A program made the translations under genes and the position numbers. A stretch of DNA of 64,000 bases from Escherichia phage APCEc01. This document shows positions 31,358 through 41,869 of the stretch, one piece after another. Location: sequence record NC_029091.1. One strand, written 5' to 3'. The notes beneath the pieces were generated by a model that did not search any database, was not told where the DNA came from, and saw only the letters and a program-made list of their open reading frames with translations. Every line of letters starts with the position of its first letter. Positions within the stretch are counted from its first letter, which is position 1.

Positions 31358-33130
31358 TTAATTAACACCGGTGGCATGGAAAATTCCAGGAGCCGTTGTA
31401 CTTGTTACAGGGGTCATATTCTGGACTACGGTATTCTTTTTGACGACATTATTTGTGTTACTAATCGCCGCTACCGGTTGCTGTTGTTTAGATTCAGAAG
31501 CACGTCCTTTCTCTATTGACTGAACTTGTTTTGCTTCCGGAGATTTAGACGAAGATTCAGGCTTAACTGTTGTCTGAGCCTTTTTGGCTTCAGCCATTTT
31601 ATTATTTAGCTTTTCAAATCTAGCATCTAGTTCCTTTTTAACAACAGGAGTTTTATTAAGTTCAGGGTCTTTAATAAGTTTACTTAAATCAGCATAAGAC
31701 TTCTCGACGTTTTTAGCATTTTCCGGATTAGTCATATCGATTTTATCGATATAATCCTCAAATCTAACCAGTGCCGCACGAGTTTCATTAGCTTTTATAT
31801 ACGCCTCTTTACGCTCCTCTTCAGGTAACTCTTTTAATTTTGCTGATTCCGCAGCACGCTCATCGCTTGTACTAAACTCTTCTTTATTGTCATTACCACG
31901 AACCCAGTTAGTAACGAATGTTTTGCCGCGTTGTAACATATCAAGACCTTTAGAAACGGTTCCTAATTCCCCATCGTCACGTTTCATTTGATATTTAGCG
32001 ACTTTCTCTTGGTCTTCTTTCTTTAATTTGTTCCCAGTAGTTTCTTGGAATCCTTCTAAAGCACGTCCTTCTATTTCGTCCGCGGTATCACCAAAACCTA
32101 TAGCACGCAATATAGACGCGGAGAGTTTAGCCATTCCTAATTGAATTAGTTCACCTAAGTTCATTAATGCTGTTCCTACACCTTTGACAATAGCAACGGT
32201 TAAACCACCCCAGTCTCCAGCTTCCCACAATTGTTTTATAGAGTCAATAGAAGTGAATATATCACTTAAGAATTTACCCCACTCTTTAGCTTCATCGGAG
32301 AATTTAGTAAAGTTTTCATCAAATAAATCCCAGGCAGAAGTGAACTTGTCTGTCCAATATTTGAAATGGACTATCAATAAATCAATACCGATAACAATAC
32401 CAAGAATAAGTGCGGCCATTTTTGCTGCTTCAATAGCAGCCGTTATAGTGTATTTGAAAAGCATTCCAGCAATTCTGTCTGAAATTGATATTGATTTATT
32501 AAACCCGGTTTGAACTGTTTTGGTGAGCATTGCAATTTTATCGCTCAATTTAAAGCTAATTCCGCCTTTAGAATCGGAAGTAGAATTAGCACTTTCTTGA
32601 ACCGGTGCTGGGAAGAAATCTTCGTCTGGCTTATTATCAATCTTTTCAGGTGTAGGGAATGCTTTAAACAACTCATCAGAAGTTTCATTCTCAACCACTT
32701 TAACAGGTATTGCGTTCTCAATTACTTCAAGAGAGGTGCCTCCTGTATTTTGAATAGCGGTAGATGTTTGTAATTTTTGCTCTAATAATGTAGCTAATCG
32801 GTCTAACTTAGAGCTTATTGCACTAGAAACTTCGTTTATACCTTTAGTGACTTCAGTTTGTTTTTCAATAACTTCTGCGATAAGCTCTGTGCCTTCAGCA
32901 GTATTATCTGTCGAATTCTTTAAGTCTCCAATTGATTCAATAATTCCATTGCCTTTATCTTCTACACTTTGTGATGTGAGTTCAGACGCGGCTTGGACAT
33001 CGTCTAGTTTTGATGAAATGTTATTCAATGCTTCTAATGAATCGGTAGCTGCATCAGCAGCTACTTTTTGTGGTTTATTATCGGCAATGACCTTATTTCT
33101 ACGCATGGATTTCATTTCTTCAGGTTTCAT
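31358..33130 (-). CDS. 29: Tail length tape measure / baseplate hub protein gp29
   Basis: 590 aa, same as T4 gp29; synteny. Confidence 0.85.
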   Translation of the reverse strand: MKPEEMKSMRRNKVIADNKPQKVAADAATDSLEALNNISSKLDDVQAASELTSQSVEDKGNGIIESIGDLKNSTDNTAEGTELIAEVIEKQTEVTKGINEVSSAISSKLDRLATLLEQKLQTSTAIQNTGGTSLEVIENAIPVKVVENETSDELFKAFPTPEKIDNKPDEDFFPAPVQESANSTSDSKGGISFKLSDKIAMLTKTVQTGFNKSISISDRIAGMLFKYTITAAIEAAKMAALILGIVIGIDLLIVHFKYWTDKFTSAWDLFDENFTKFSDEAKEWGKFLSDIFTSIDSIKQLWEAGDWGGLTVAIVKGVGTALMNLGELIQLGMAKLSASILRAIGFGDTADEIEGRALEGFQETTGNKLKKEDQEKVAKYQMKRDDGELGTVSKGLDMLQRGKTFVTNWVRGNDNKEEFSTSDERAAESAKLKELPEEERKEAYIKANETRAALVRFEDYIDKIDMTNPENAKNVEKSYADLSKLIKDPELNKTPVVKKELDARFEKLNNKMAEAKKAQTTVKPESSSKSPEAKQVQSIEKGRASESKQQQPVAAISNTNNVVKKNTVVQNMTPVTSTTAPGIFHATGVN

Positions 33131-33660
33131 TCAAGCAATCCAATAATTTCTGCTATACCCTTAATAGGACCATTAGGGCCTGGAATAGCAATAGTTGTCG
33201 AAAGGTCTTCTGCCCATTTGATTACAAAAGCAGGCATCTCAAGGAAAGAAATTTCTTTCTCTTCGTCATTAACTTTTATTAAGCAATTTGATAGCATTTC
33301 ACTGATTGTAGCGAATTGTTCAAATTTGCCTGGGGGTCTAAAATAAAAAGTATTACCTTGAAATTGGAATTCTGTTCGTTGGCATACATAGACGTCATCT
33401 AGTTTATAAGTGAATCCATCTTTTTCAACTTCAGACTTAAGTTTGTTATTAAATTCCAATATGTGTAGACATGCAAAATCAAAATCTGCGGGACTCATAT
33501 TTTTACAAATAGAATCAGCTAAGATTTTCATGTTTTCATCAGGGCCTTTAACGTCCTTTAAAAGATTATAATGTTTGAGCCCTAATTTGGGAATCATTAC
33601 CTTTTTATTAGACTGTGGTAGAATTATTTTCTTTAGAGGTAGAATCAGATTTAAGTTCAT
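33127..33660 (-). CDS. 28: Baseplate hub distal subunit gp28
   Basis: 177 aa, same as T4 gp28; synteny. Confidence 0.8.
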   Translation of the reverse strand: MNLNLILPLKKIILPQSNKKVMIPKLGLKHYNLLKDVKGPDENMKILADSICKNMSPADFDFACLHILEFNNKLKSEVEKDGFTYKLDDVYVCQRTEFQFQGNTFYFRPPGKFEQFATISEMLSNCLIKVNDEEKEISFLEMPAFVIKWAEDLSTTIAIPGPNGPIKGIAEIIGLLE

Positions 33661-34780
33661 TTTTAACCTTAACTGGGTTAACAGGTTCTAACACCATTGA
33701 GTTGGTAAACATGTACAGATGAGTTTGTGAGTTGTTATTTGATAACTCATGAATAACTTCATCTACGTAAAATTCGGATTTGAATTGGTTCTTTTGGTCA
33801 ACAAATATAATTTTAGTAGCAGGCGTTATGTTAAAATTGCCTGTAGTAGTGCATTTAGCATATCCGTCATATTGAGCCATTGTCTGAAGACGACTTGCTT
33901 CTTCAAATCCATTACGATAGGTCATTTCGGAATATCCACCGGATCTTGACACAAGAATAGCATTATCACCATCGCCTGTAACAATAACCGGAATAGATGT
34001 ATCTAAAAATGAATGAGCGAATATCGTGGCGTTTTTAATAGGGTCTCTTGTAAATTGGTTAGCTTTAGTCATCCAGGTGAAATCCCATACTAATGGATAC
34101 TCAAGCTCTTGAATATACTGACCTACAGTATTTGGCTCACCTACAATCATCTTAATGCCTTCCTGACCAATAAGAGTATCGTAGTCAATCATGTTTACGC
34201 CTAAAATATCTTGCCATACGAATACGAACTTATCACTCGCTGTAGCAAGTCCTAATTCTCTGACATATGCCAAATAATCATCAAATGTGCTTGTCCAAGG
34301 GATATCAGGAACATAAGCATTAATAGTGTTTATTGGCGGAGTAATTAACGCACGGTCTTTGTATATGACACCTAACATTTCACGTATAGATTCGCCTGCG
34401 TCCCGGAAGAATGGACGCCCAAATTTAAGGTTCTCTATAGAATGTATTGTTCCAAGCTCAATTGCAATAATATTGTCACCTTTTGAGTCCACAGACACAG
34501 AATAATGTCTACATCCATAAATTCGAGTTCTAACTTGGAGAGGTGTGTTTGAATTTGAAACAGAGATTTGAACTATCTGTCTACCGTCCATTTTAGTGTG
34601 GATGTTTTTAGTGTCATAAAATTGAAGAATCCCTTCATTTCTTCCATATAGCGAATCTCGCATGGTTAAAGTTGTTATTGTTGCCGCGAGTTCAACGTAT
34701 CTATTTTCTTGCCAAGCCGAATAATCTTGGTATAATTTAACGCTTAAGTTAGGATATCCTGGACGTTGGAATACTTTCAT
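33608..34780 (-). CDS. 27: Baseplate hub subunit gp27
   Basis: 390 aa; synteny. Confidence 0.85.
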   Translation of the reverse strand: MKVFQRPGYPNLSVKLYQDYSAWQENRYVELAATITTLTMRDSLYGRNEGILQFYDTKNIHTKMDGRQIVQISVSNSNTPLQVRTRIYGCRHYSVSVDSKGDNIIAIELGTIHSIENLKFGRPFFRDAGESIREMLGVIYKDRALITPPINTINAYVPDIPWTSTFDDYLAYVRELGLATASDKFVFVWQDILGVNMIDYDTLIGQEGIKMIVGEPNTVGQYIQELEYPLVWDFTWMTKANQFTRDPIKNATIFAHSFLDTSIPVIVTGDGDNAILVSRSGGYSEMTYRNGFEEASRLQTMAQYDGYAKCTTTGNFNITPATKIIFVDQKNQFKSEFYVDEVIHELSNNNSQTHLYMFTNSMVLEPVNPVKVKNELKSDSTSKENNSTTV

Positions 34781-35529
34781 TTTTTATGGTCCTTTTCTAC
34801 TAATGTTAAAGCAATACCACGTTCAACAGGAATCATTTGCATAATAGAATCCAATGTGTATTGACTCTTTACTAGTGAATGGTTTATCTGATAGAATGTA
34901 AAAATCTCATCAGGGTTAACTAACAATTTAAAAACCTCTAAGATATCAGTATATGTTTTAACATGTCGTTCACAACAACCTAATCTAAGGGTCAAATTAA
35001 TAGGGTTCATAGAAGCAATAACCTTCTCGAGCGAGTCAATGTCTATTGCTTCTATTACTTGGATTTGGTTCTCTTCAGTCAAATCATTCCATGGGTACCA
35101 TTCGTCATTATAATATATTTCTTTTATGTTTTCACTTATCATTAATGCCTTGTTGTCATAAAACTTTTCAGGGAAAGAAAAACGTATTTTTATACCAGCA
35201 ACATCAAGTTCAGGTTCGACTAGTTCTTTTTGATATATCTCAAATGGTGCAGTTTTTTCTTTAGAGCATTTAGGGCAAGTGAAAATAACGGGAACTTTTG
35301 TTTTGCCTATAGAGCCTGCAAAAACTTGCAGGAATATAAATGGTTGCCATGTTTTAGGATACTCGCCAAAATAATCATCAATCAGATCGGCAATTATTTC
35401 TTTTTGTTCTTGTGGCGAACGATGTTCGATATCATTTCTAACTAGTAAAAAGTCTCTATAATCCGCTACGGTGAACGGCTTGAAACGATGAACACCATCC
35501 GGTAATTTACAACGAATTATATTAGCCAT
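34777..35529 (-). CDS. 51: Baseplate hub assembly catalyst gp51
   Basis: 250 aa; synteny; divergent from gene 26. Confidence 0.8.
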   Translation of the reverse strand: MANIIRCKLPDGVHRFKPFTVADYRDFLLVRNDIEHRSPQEQKEIIADLIDDYFGEYPKTWQPFIFLQVFAGSIGKTKVPVIFTCPKCSKEKTAPFEIYQKELVEPELDVAGIKIRFSFPEKFYDNKALMISENIKEIYYNDEWYPWNDLTEENQIQVIEAIDIDSLEKVIASMNPINLTLRLGCCERHVKTYTDILEVFKLLVNPDEIFTFYQINHSLVKSQYTLDSIMQMIPVERGIALTLVEKDHKK

Positions 35530-35546
35530 AATTACTCCTTTTCTAT

Positions 35547-35554
35547 TATTTATA
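35547..35554 (-). promoter_or_regulatory. T4-type late promoter for gene 51
   Basis: tatttata on plus = TATAAATA on minus, 18 nt upstream of gene 51 ATG; part of palindrome TATTTATAAATA. Confidence 0.6.
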
Positions 35555-35558
35555 AATA
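35551..35558 (+). promoter_or_regulatory. T4-type late promoter for gene 26
   Basis: TATAAATA on plus, 19 nt upstream of gene 26 ATG. Confidence 0.6.
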
Positions 35559-35576
35559 CACAATAAAGGAGTTAAC

Positions 35577-36203
35577 ATGTACAAATATACGTTTACAGTA
35601 CGTTTAGGCGATAAAGAAGTGAATTGTAGAGCCTTTACTTTAAAAGAATATTTAGGACTCATAGGTGCGCGGGCTACCGGTACTATTGAATCCGCAGTGA
35701 ACAATATTATCACTAATTGCTCTAATGCTAAAAACTTGACTAAACAAGAAGCCGAGTTATTGTTGGTAAATCTGTGGGCCCATTCATTAGGTGAAGTGAA
35801 TCAAGAACACACCTGGAATTGTTCCTGTGGGCATTCATTTCAAGTCTATATGAATTTATTGCACACTCAATTAGATGAACAGGCCGATCCCTGGTATTCG
35901 TTCAGCGGTATTAAAATTAAGTTCCGTCAACCTAAATTATTTGACGATAAAAATATCGCATTAATGATTGCTTCATGTATTGAGGCCGTTTTTGTCAATG
36001 GAGAGTCCATCCCTGTTGAAGATTTAACTGAAGCAGAAATAAACGACCTTTATGGCCTTATAACGGAAGATGACATGATCAATATTAAAAATCTTTTAGT
36101 ATCACCATCAATTTATCTAGCAACCCCTATTAAATGTCCCAAATGTGGGGCGTCACACGTTCACACAATACGAGGCCTCAAAGAATTCTTTGAGTTACTA
36201 TAA
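35577..36203 (+). CDS. 26: Baseplate hub subunit gp26
   Basis: 208 aa, same as T4 gp26. Confidence 0.8.
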   Translation: MYKYTFTVRLGDKEVNCRAFTLKEYLGLIGARATGTIESAVNNIITNCSNAKNLTKQEAELLLVNLWAHSLGEVNQEHTWNCSCGHSFQVYMNLLHTQLDEQADPWYSFSGIKIKFRQPKLFDDKNIALMIASCIEAVFVNGESIPVEDLTEAEINDLYGLITEDDMINIKNLLVSPSIYLATPIKCPKCGASHVHTIRGLKEFFELL

Positions 36204-36601
36204 TGTCTAATATCAATAAACTTTATTCAGATATCGACCCAGAAATGCGTATGGATTGGAACAAGGACGTTGCTCGTTCTGTAGGACTTCGTTCTATTAA
36301 AAATAGTCTTCTTGGCATAGTGACAACTAGAAAAGGCTCACGCCCCTTCGACCCTGAATTTGGATGTGATTTGGTCGATGAACTTTTCGAGAACATGACA
36401 CCACTTACAGCCGATACGATTGAGCGTAATATCCAGGCAGCTGTTCGTAACTATGAGCCACGCATCGACAAACTTTCTGTAAGTGTAACGCCAGTATATG
36501 ATGACTATATGGTTATAGTAGAGATTAGATTTTCGGTCGTAGACAACCCTGACGATATTGAACAAATTAAACTTCAGTTAGCGTCAAGCAATAGAGTGTA
36601 A
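36203..36601 (+). CDS. 25: Baseplate wedge subunit gp25
   Basis: 132 aa, same as T4 gp25. Confidence 0.85.
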   Translation: MSNINKLYSDIDPEMRMDWNKDVARSVGLRSIKNSLLGIVTTRKGSRPFDPEFGCDLVDELFENMTPLTADTIERNIQAAVRNYEPRIDKLSVSVTPVYDDYMVIVEIRFSVVDNPDDIEQIKLQLASSNRV

Positions 36602-36626
36602 TGCTTCAAGGCAACCTATGTATAAT
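36599..36626 (+). promoter_or_regulatory. MotA-dependent middle promoter upstream of uvsY
   Basis: MotA box aaTGCTTcA about 12 nt upstream of TATAAT. Confidence 0.5.
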
Positions 36627-36680
36627 GGTTTTAGGTCCTTCCGATACAGCCGGGAGATTATTAGTTAAAGAGAGAATATT

Positions 36681-37094
36681 ATGAAGCTGGAAGATTTACA
36701 GGAAGAGTTAGACGCAGACTTAGCTATTGATATGACAAAGTTGCAATATGAGACGGCGAATAATGTTAAGTTATACAGCAAATGGCTACGTAAGCACTCA
36801 TTTATTCGTAAAGAAATGTTGCGTATAGAGACTCAGAAGAAAACTGCTCTAAAAGCAAGATTAGACTACTACTCGGGACGAGGTGACGGTGATGAATTCA
36901 GTATGGACCGATACGAGAAATCTGAAATGAAAACTGTCCTGGCCGCAGATAAAGATGTGCTTAAAATAGAGACTACTTTACAATACTGGGGAATTTTACT
37001 TGAGTTCTGTAGTGGTGCACTTGACGCAGTTAAGTCTCGTAGTTTTGCACTTAAACATATCCAGGATATGCGAGAATTTGAAGCGGGGCAATAA
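36681..37094 (+). CDS. uvsY: Recombination mediator UvsY
   Basis: 137 aa, same as T4 UvsY; synteny. Confidence 0.85.
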   Translation: MKLEDLQEELDADLAIDMTKLQYETANNVKLYSKWLRKHSFIRKEMLRIETQKKTALKARLDYYSGRGDGDEFSMDRYEKSEMKTVLAADKDVLKIETTLQYWGILLEFCSGALDAVKSRSFALKHIQDMREFEAGQ

Positions 37095-37318
37095 TGCGTT
37101 ATTCAATTGAAGATGCCTTTAATAATGACGAAGAATTTGAAACTGAAATTAAATTCTTAATGGAAAAGTATCGTCTACGTCGTCAGGATATTCGTATCCT
37201 GGCAGACCACCCGTGTGGTGAAGACGTCCTTTATATTAAAGGAAAATTTGCCGGATATCTTGATGAATATTTTTATTCTAAAGATATGGGCATTGATATG
37301 CATATGAGAGTTGTATAA
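37094..37318 (+). CDS. Hypothetical protein (uvsY.-1 position)
   Basis: 74-aa ORF translationally coupled to uvsY. Confidence 0.5.
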   Translation: MRYSIEDAFNNDEEFETEIKFLMEKYRLRRQDIRILADHPCGEDVLYIKGKFAGYLDEYFYSKDMGIDMHMRVV

Positions 37319-37350
37319 ATAGATATGTAATTTCAACTTAGGAGGCAATC

Positions 37351-37518
37351 ATGTCAGATAAGATTTGTGTTGTCTGTAAAACTCCAATCGATTCTGCATT
37401 GGTTGTTGAAACAGACAAAGGACCAGCACATCCTGGTCCTTGTTATAATTATGTCCAACAATTGCCGGTTTCAGAAAGTTCAGAAGAGCAATTGAACGAA
37501 ACCCAACTTTTACTATAG
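37351..37518 (+). CDS. Small Cys-containing protein (55 aa; below the 60-aa cut-off of the ORF track)
   Basis: Strong RBS aggagg 6 nt before ATG; MSDKICVVCKTPIDS...GPCYNY; followed by terminator. Confidence 0.45.
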   Translation: MSDKICVVCKTPIDSALVVETDKGPAHPGPCYNYVQQLPVSESSEEQLNETQLLL

Positions 37519-37544
37519 TGTTACCTTTTTTGCCTATGGTTTTT

Positions 37545-37575
37545 GGCCCTTCCAAAAAGGTTGGGCCTTTTTTTT
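37545..37575 (+). terminator. Rho-independent terminator (hairpin plus T8)
   Basis: ggccc ttccaaaaaggtt gggcc followed by tttttttt. Confidence 0.75.
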
Positions 37576-37577
37576 AA

Positions 37578-37808
37578 TTAGAAGTCTTCTTCCACATCCT
37601 CATCATCGCCTTCAAGTTCGGCACGCTTACCTGCTAAGGCATCCCTGACAGAAATATCATCTGTATCTTTTAATTCCGTTTCTTTTATACGTTTCTTATA
37701 ATAAGCTTCCAATTCTTCAAGCCCTTCTAGGGTATGACAACTAGCAATTTTACCCATGAATTCGTCAATAGATGCTTCGTATAAAAATTGTTTAAATTCA
37801 AGTACCAT
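37578..37808 (-). CDS. uvsW.1: UvsW.1 small protein
   Basis: 76 aa, immediately downstream of uvsW on the same strand. Confidence 0.6.
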   Translation of the reverse strand: MVLEFKQFLYEASIDEFMGKIASCHTLEGLEELEAYYKKRIKETELKDTDDISVRDALAGKRAELEGDDEDVEEDF

Positions 37809-37833
37809 TTTTATCTCCTAAGGGCCGAAGCCC

Positions 37834-39348
37834 TTATAAATTAATTGTTTTCATTACATAGTTAAATTTCTCATCAGCGTAACGTTGGATACGATCAATA
37901 CCGTGTTTTAACAAGTAATTAAGATGAGTATACTTCTTTTTAGTATTTAATGATTTAGGTTTTACACCTGCATCGTCGATGAGATCCCAAACTGTAGCAA
38001 CAGATTTAGAACCATGCTTGCGAAGCACGCGACCTACGGTTTGAAGTACGATAATTTTTGATTTAACACCATGGGCAAAAATAACATGATGAAGATTCTT
38101 GACTGAAATACCAGTAGAGAATACTCCATATGATGCGACAATAATAATGCCTTTACCATTTTCTGCCATGACTTTAAGCGCGTTACGTGTTTCAGTATCA
38201 ACTTCACCTGATACGTAATAAACTTTTTCGTATCCAAGCTCTTTAATAGCTTCAAATATTTCTTTACCGTGTGTAACGTGTTTAAACATTACAAAGGCGT
38301 TCTCGTCTTTCTTAGCCAATTTGACTGAAAGTTGAGCAATCCACTTTGTACGTCGTTTTAGTCCGGTAATAATTTTAACTTCTTCTTGGTATGTTTTACC
38401 TTTTAATTTGGTGGCGAATTCGTCCGGATAACGAAGGAAAATACTATTAATCTTAAGCTCAGTTACCTGTCCATCTTCCATTAATTTAGACGTGCTAACA
38501 GGACGGAAGATTTCGCCGAACATACCTACGTACTGCATTACATTGGCTTTTCCGTCTCTTAATGAGCCAGATAAACCGAATTTAAACATACAATTATTTA
38601 ATCCTGCGATGATTGAAGAAATACTTTTGCCTGTTGCTAAGTGGCATTCATCGTTCATCATCATACCGAACTGAGAGAACCATTCTTTAGGCTGCTTAAC
38701 TACCGTTTGCCATGTGCCAACAATAATTGGAGCGTCGTTTTTAGATTTGTCTGCTTTATCAGCACCACCGCCAATTTTCTTAATCATCGAATGACTAAAC
38801 AAGCGATAATCAACAAAATCATTAGCCATCTGGGTTGTCAATGCTGTTGTAGGGACGATAATGAGAATTTTACCTTCATAGTTCTCTAGATAATATCGAG
38901 CTAAAAGTGCTTGGATTAGTGATTTACCTGCTGATGTCGGAAGGTTTAAAATTCGACGACGATTAACTAGTCCTTCATATACTGCATCTTTTTGATACCA
39001 ATGTGGTTCGATTTTGGCGTTGCCCGAATAAATTTCTTGTTTAGAAAGCCATGCGTCAAAATCTTCTCTGGTAAGGTCTTCGGTCTCAAAGATTTTAGGG
39101 TCAATCCATACAGAATAACTCATATTGCTACAGAACTTTTTTATTTGTCCTACAAGTCCATATGGTAACAAACGGTTGTAATCTAAAAGTCGAATTCTAC
39201 CATCCCATTGCCCATAGCGATATTTTGGGTTAAATTTATACCCGTCAGCTTCAAAGCTAAAAAAGTCACGAAGTTCGTAAAACGTACTTTCGTCGCATTC
39301 AATGCGCACGTGACTAAAATCATAAAAATGTACTTTAATGTCAGTCAT
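37834..39348 (-). CDS. uvsW: UvsW DNA/RNA helicase
   Basis: 504 aa; SF2 helicase with Walker A (TSAGKS) and DEAH-like box (MMNDECH). Confidence 0.9.
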   Translation of the reverse strand: MTDIKVHFYDFSHVRIECDESTFYELRDFFSFEADGYKFNPKYRYGQWDGRIRLLDYNRLLPYGLVGQIKKFCSNMSYSVWIDPKIFETEDLTREDFDAWLSKQEIYSGNAKIEPHWYQKDAVYEGLVNRRRILNLPTSAGKSLIQALLARYYLENYEGKILIIVPTTALTTQMANDFVDYRLFSHSMIKKIGGGADKADKSKNDAPIIVGTWQTVVKQPKEWFSQFGMMMNDECHLATGKSISSIIAGLNNCMFKFGLSGSLRDGKANVMQYVGMFGEIFRPVSTSKLMEDGQVTELKINSIFLRYPDEFATKLKGKTYQEEVKIITGLKRRTKWIAQLSVKLAKKDENAFVMFKHVTHGKEIFEAIKELGYEKVYYVSGEVDTETRNALKVMAENGKGIIIVASYGVFSTGISVKNLHHVIFAHGVKSKIIVLQTVGRVLRKHGSKSVATVWDLIDDAGVKPKSLNTKKKYTHLNYLLKHGIDRIQRYADEKFNYVMKTINL

Positions 39349-39377
39349 GTCAAATTACCATGTAATAAATATAGTTA

Positions 39378-39385
39378 TATTTATA
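39378..39385 (-). promoter_or_regulatory. T4-type late promoter for uvsW
   Basis: tatttata on plus = TATAAATA on minus, 30 nt upstream of uvsW ATG. Confidence 0.6.
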
Positions 39386-39398
39386 ATGAGGAAATACC

Positions 39399-40067
39399 AT
39401 GATCGATAAAGACTATATTGAAGAGTTACGTGCTCTTTCCGATAAAAAGGAAGCCAAAGCTAAACTGTTTGAATATGCGAAACAATTTGGCATTAGTGTT
39501 AAGAAAACAAAATCATTCGATAATATTGTTATTGATATCGAAGAAGCTCTTAACGCACTGGCTGATGAACCATTACCTGAAACCGATGGATTATCTATCA
39601 CCGATTTAATTACTGCCGCAGATGATGTGGACGGTGTTAATTTCACCAACGAAGAAGTTAAAGAAGAAGCTATTCTGTTGTTTGATTCTCCAACAGAACA
39701 AGTTGAAGTATTAGAAGTTGTCGAACAAGAAAAAGAATTCGACCATGATAAATTCGAAGAAGCAATTACTCAGGTTGTTGAATCTGAAAAAGAGCCTGAG
39801 ACAGAGGTAAATAAAGAAGTAAAATTTGTTCTGCCTGAAAATTTTAGTCCTACACTCATTAAATTAGGCAAAGCCCCAGGATATGTTACTGTTCCTTGGT
39901 GGATTTATCAATGGATAGCCGAAACCCCAGATTGGAAATCTCGTCCAACCAGTTTTGTGCACGCTTCTGCTCACCAAACATTATTTAGCTTAATTTATTA
40001 TATTAATCGCGATGGATCAGTTCTAATTCGTGAAACTCGTAATTCTTCTTTCGTAACATTAAAATAA
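39399..40067 (+). CDS. inh: Inh-like protein (putative prohead protease inhibitor)
   Basis: 222 aa with acidic central region; position upstream of hoc as in T4; assignment by synteny. Confidence 0.55.
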   Translation: MIDKDYIEELRALSDKKEAKAKLFEYAKQFGISVKKTKSFDNIVIDIEEALNALADEPLPETDGLSITDLITAADDVDGVNFTNEEVKEEAILLFDSPTEQVEVLEVVEQEKEFDHDKFEEAITQVVESEKEPETEVNKEVKFVLPENFSPTLIKLGKAPGYVTVPWWIYQWIAETPDWKSRPTSFVHASAHQTLFSLIYYINRDGSVLIRETRNSSFVTLK

Positions 40068-40076
40068 GGATAGCTT

Positions 40077-41207
40077 ATGGCTTTTACAGTTGATATAACT
40101 CCTAAAACACCTACTGGAGTTATAGATGAGACTAAGCAGTTTACTGCTGCACCCAGTGGTCAAACTGAAGGTGGAACTATTACCTATGCATGGAGTGTAG
40201 ACGATGCTCCCCAAGAAGGATCAGCAGAAACTTTTGATTATGTGTTAAAAGGACCTGCCGGAACAAAAACAATTAAAGTTGTTGCAACAAATACTATTCC
40301 TGATACTGACGCTGAAACAGCAGAAGCTACTACAACTATCACAGTTCAAAATAAGACACAGACGACTACCTTAGCCGTAACTCCTGCTAGTCCTTCAGCT
40401 GGAGTAATTGGAACCCCAGTTCAATTTACTGCTGCCTTAGCTTCTCAACCAGCTGGAGCGTCTGCTACGTATCAGTGGTATGTAGATGATTCACAGGTTG
40501 GTGGAGAAACTAACTCTACATTTAGCTATACTCCAACTACAAGTGGAGTAAAAAGAATTAAATGTGTAGCCCAAGTAACTGCGACAGATTATGATGCAAA
40601 GGAAGTTACTTCGAATGAAGTATCATTAACGGTTAATAAGAAGACAATGAATCCACAGGTTACATTGACTCCTCCTTCTATTAACGTTCAGCAAGATGCT
40701 TCGGCTACATTTACGGCTAATGTTACGGATGCTCCAGAAGAAGCGCAAATTGCGTATTCATGGAAGAAAGATTCTTCTCCTGTAGAAGGGTCAACTAATG
40801 TATATACCGTTGATACCTCGTCTATTGGAAGTCAAACTATTGAAGTTACTGCAACTATTACTGCAACTGATTACGATAGCAAAACTATTACAGCAGAAGG
40901 TCAAGTTCAGGTAACTGATAAAGTTGCTCCGGAACCAGAAGGTGAATTACCTTATGTTCATCCTCTTCCACATCGTACTTCAGCTTACATCTGGTGCGGT
41001 TGGTGGGTTATGGATGAAATACAAAAAATGACTGAAGAAGGTAAAGATTGGAAAACTGAAGATCCAGATAGTAAATACTACCTGCATCGTTACACTCTTC
41101 AGAAGATGATGAAAGACTATCCGGAAGTTGATGTTCAAGAATCACGTAATGGATACATCATCCATAAAACTGCTTTGGAAACTGGTATCATCTATACATA
41201 TCCATAA
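40077..41207 (+). CDS. hoc: Hoc outer capsid decoration protein (Ig-like domains)
   Basis: 376 aa, same as T4 Hoc; repeated T/S-rich beta-type modules. Confidence 0.8.
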   Translation: MAFTVDITPKTPTGVIDETKQFTAAPSGQTEGGTITYAWSVDDAPQEGSAETFDYVLKGPAGTKTIKVVATNTIPDTDAETAEATTTITVQNKTQTTTLAVTPASPSAGVIGTPVQFTAALASQPAGASATYQWYVDDSQVGGETNSTFSYTPTTSGVKRIKCVAQVTATDYDAKEVTSNEVSLTVNKKTMNPQVTLTPPSINVQQDASATFTANVTDAPEEAQIAYSWKKDSSPVEGSTNVYTVDTSSIGSQTIEVTATITATDYDSKTITAEGQVQVTDKVAPEPEGELPYVHPLPHRTSAYIWCGWWVMDEIQKMTEEGKDWKTEDPDSKYYLHRYTLQKMMKDYPEVDVQESRNGYIIHKTALETGIIYTYP

Positions 41208-41211
41208 TCGT

Positions 41212-41240
41212 AAGGGGCTTCAGCCCCTTTCTTCGTTTTT
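41212..41240 (+). terminator. Rho-independent terminator after hoc
   Basis: aaggggc ttca gcccctt followed by T-rich tract. Confidence 0.7.
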
Positions 41241-41308
41241 AAAGCATACAAAACACAACTTGAGATTGATGTATATAATGGCACAAACCAAATAGTACGG
41301 GATTGATT

Positions 41309-41494
41309 ATGAGAGCTGAAGTTGAAGTTTATACATTACATGAGGCGGGATTTTCATTCGTAGAAATTGCTCAAAAAATTGGTTTACAACCTAAAGAAGT
41401 TGGATTACTATGGACTAAAGCCGAGATAGCTCGGTCAAAGTTTAAAGCAAAAGAAAAAGTTGTATACCGTAAACGTTTGATTAACAAAAGGTGA
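41309..41494 (+). CDS. Small protein with helix-turn-helix-like segment
   Basis: 61 aa from ATG (track start is TTG); FSFVEIAQKIGLQPKEVG resembles an HTH. Confidence 0.4.
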   Translation: MRAEVEVYTLHEAGFSFVEIAQKIGLQPKEVGLLWTKAEIARSKFKAKEKVVYRKRLINKR

Positions 41495-41498
41495 AGAA

Positions 41499-41750
41499 AT
41501 GAGTTTTGCACAGGAATTAAGAGAAAGGGCGCTGGCCACTAAAGCTAATTTGTTGAGTGATTTTATTACTAACTTCTCTGTGATGGCAGAGAAAGCCGCT
41601 GATAAAGGCCAGACACAATTCACGTACTACCCGTCAAAGAACGATTTAACTATAACTGAACAAGTCGGTCAATGGCTTCGTGATAACGGCTTTCAGTACA
41701 AAATTAATCACGACCAGCGTGATGGTCATTGGATAGAAATCAAGTTCTAA
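41499..41750 (+). CDS. Hypothetical protein
   Basis: 83-aa ORF, RBS aggtga. Confidence 0.4.
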   Translation: MSFAQELRERALATKANLLSDFITNFSVMAEKAADKGQTQFTYYPSKNDLTITEQVGQWLRDNGFQYKINHDQRDGHWIEIKF

Positions 41751-41778
41751 TATGCTTTACAATTTTTGATGGTATAAT
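41750..41778 (+). promoter_or_regulatory. MotA-dependent middle promoter upstream of rnlB
   Basis: MotA box atatGCTTtA about 13 nt upstream of TATAAT. Confidence 0.5.
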
Positions 41779-41869
41779 GAATCTAGGTTCTATCCATTCA
41801 AATTAAACATCCGGTCAGAGATAGAGTCTCTGCTAATTATTTTGATATTATTATTTATAATGGTGATTT

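Noticed and set aside
32184-33346. Several plus-strand ORFs (109, 87, 99, 92 aa) inside gene 29 / gene 28
   Set aside because: Antisense to baseplate genes with clear synteny; low-complexity translations; no start signals
37349-37555. 68-aa minus-strand ORF
   Set aside because: Overlaps a plus-strand small ORF with strong RBS and runs through the terminator hairpin; no start signals
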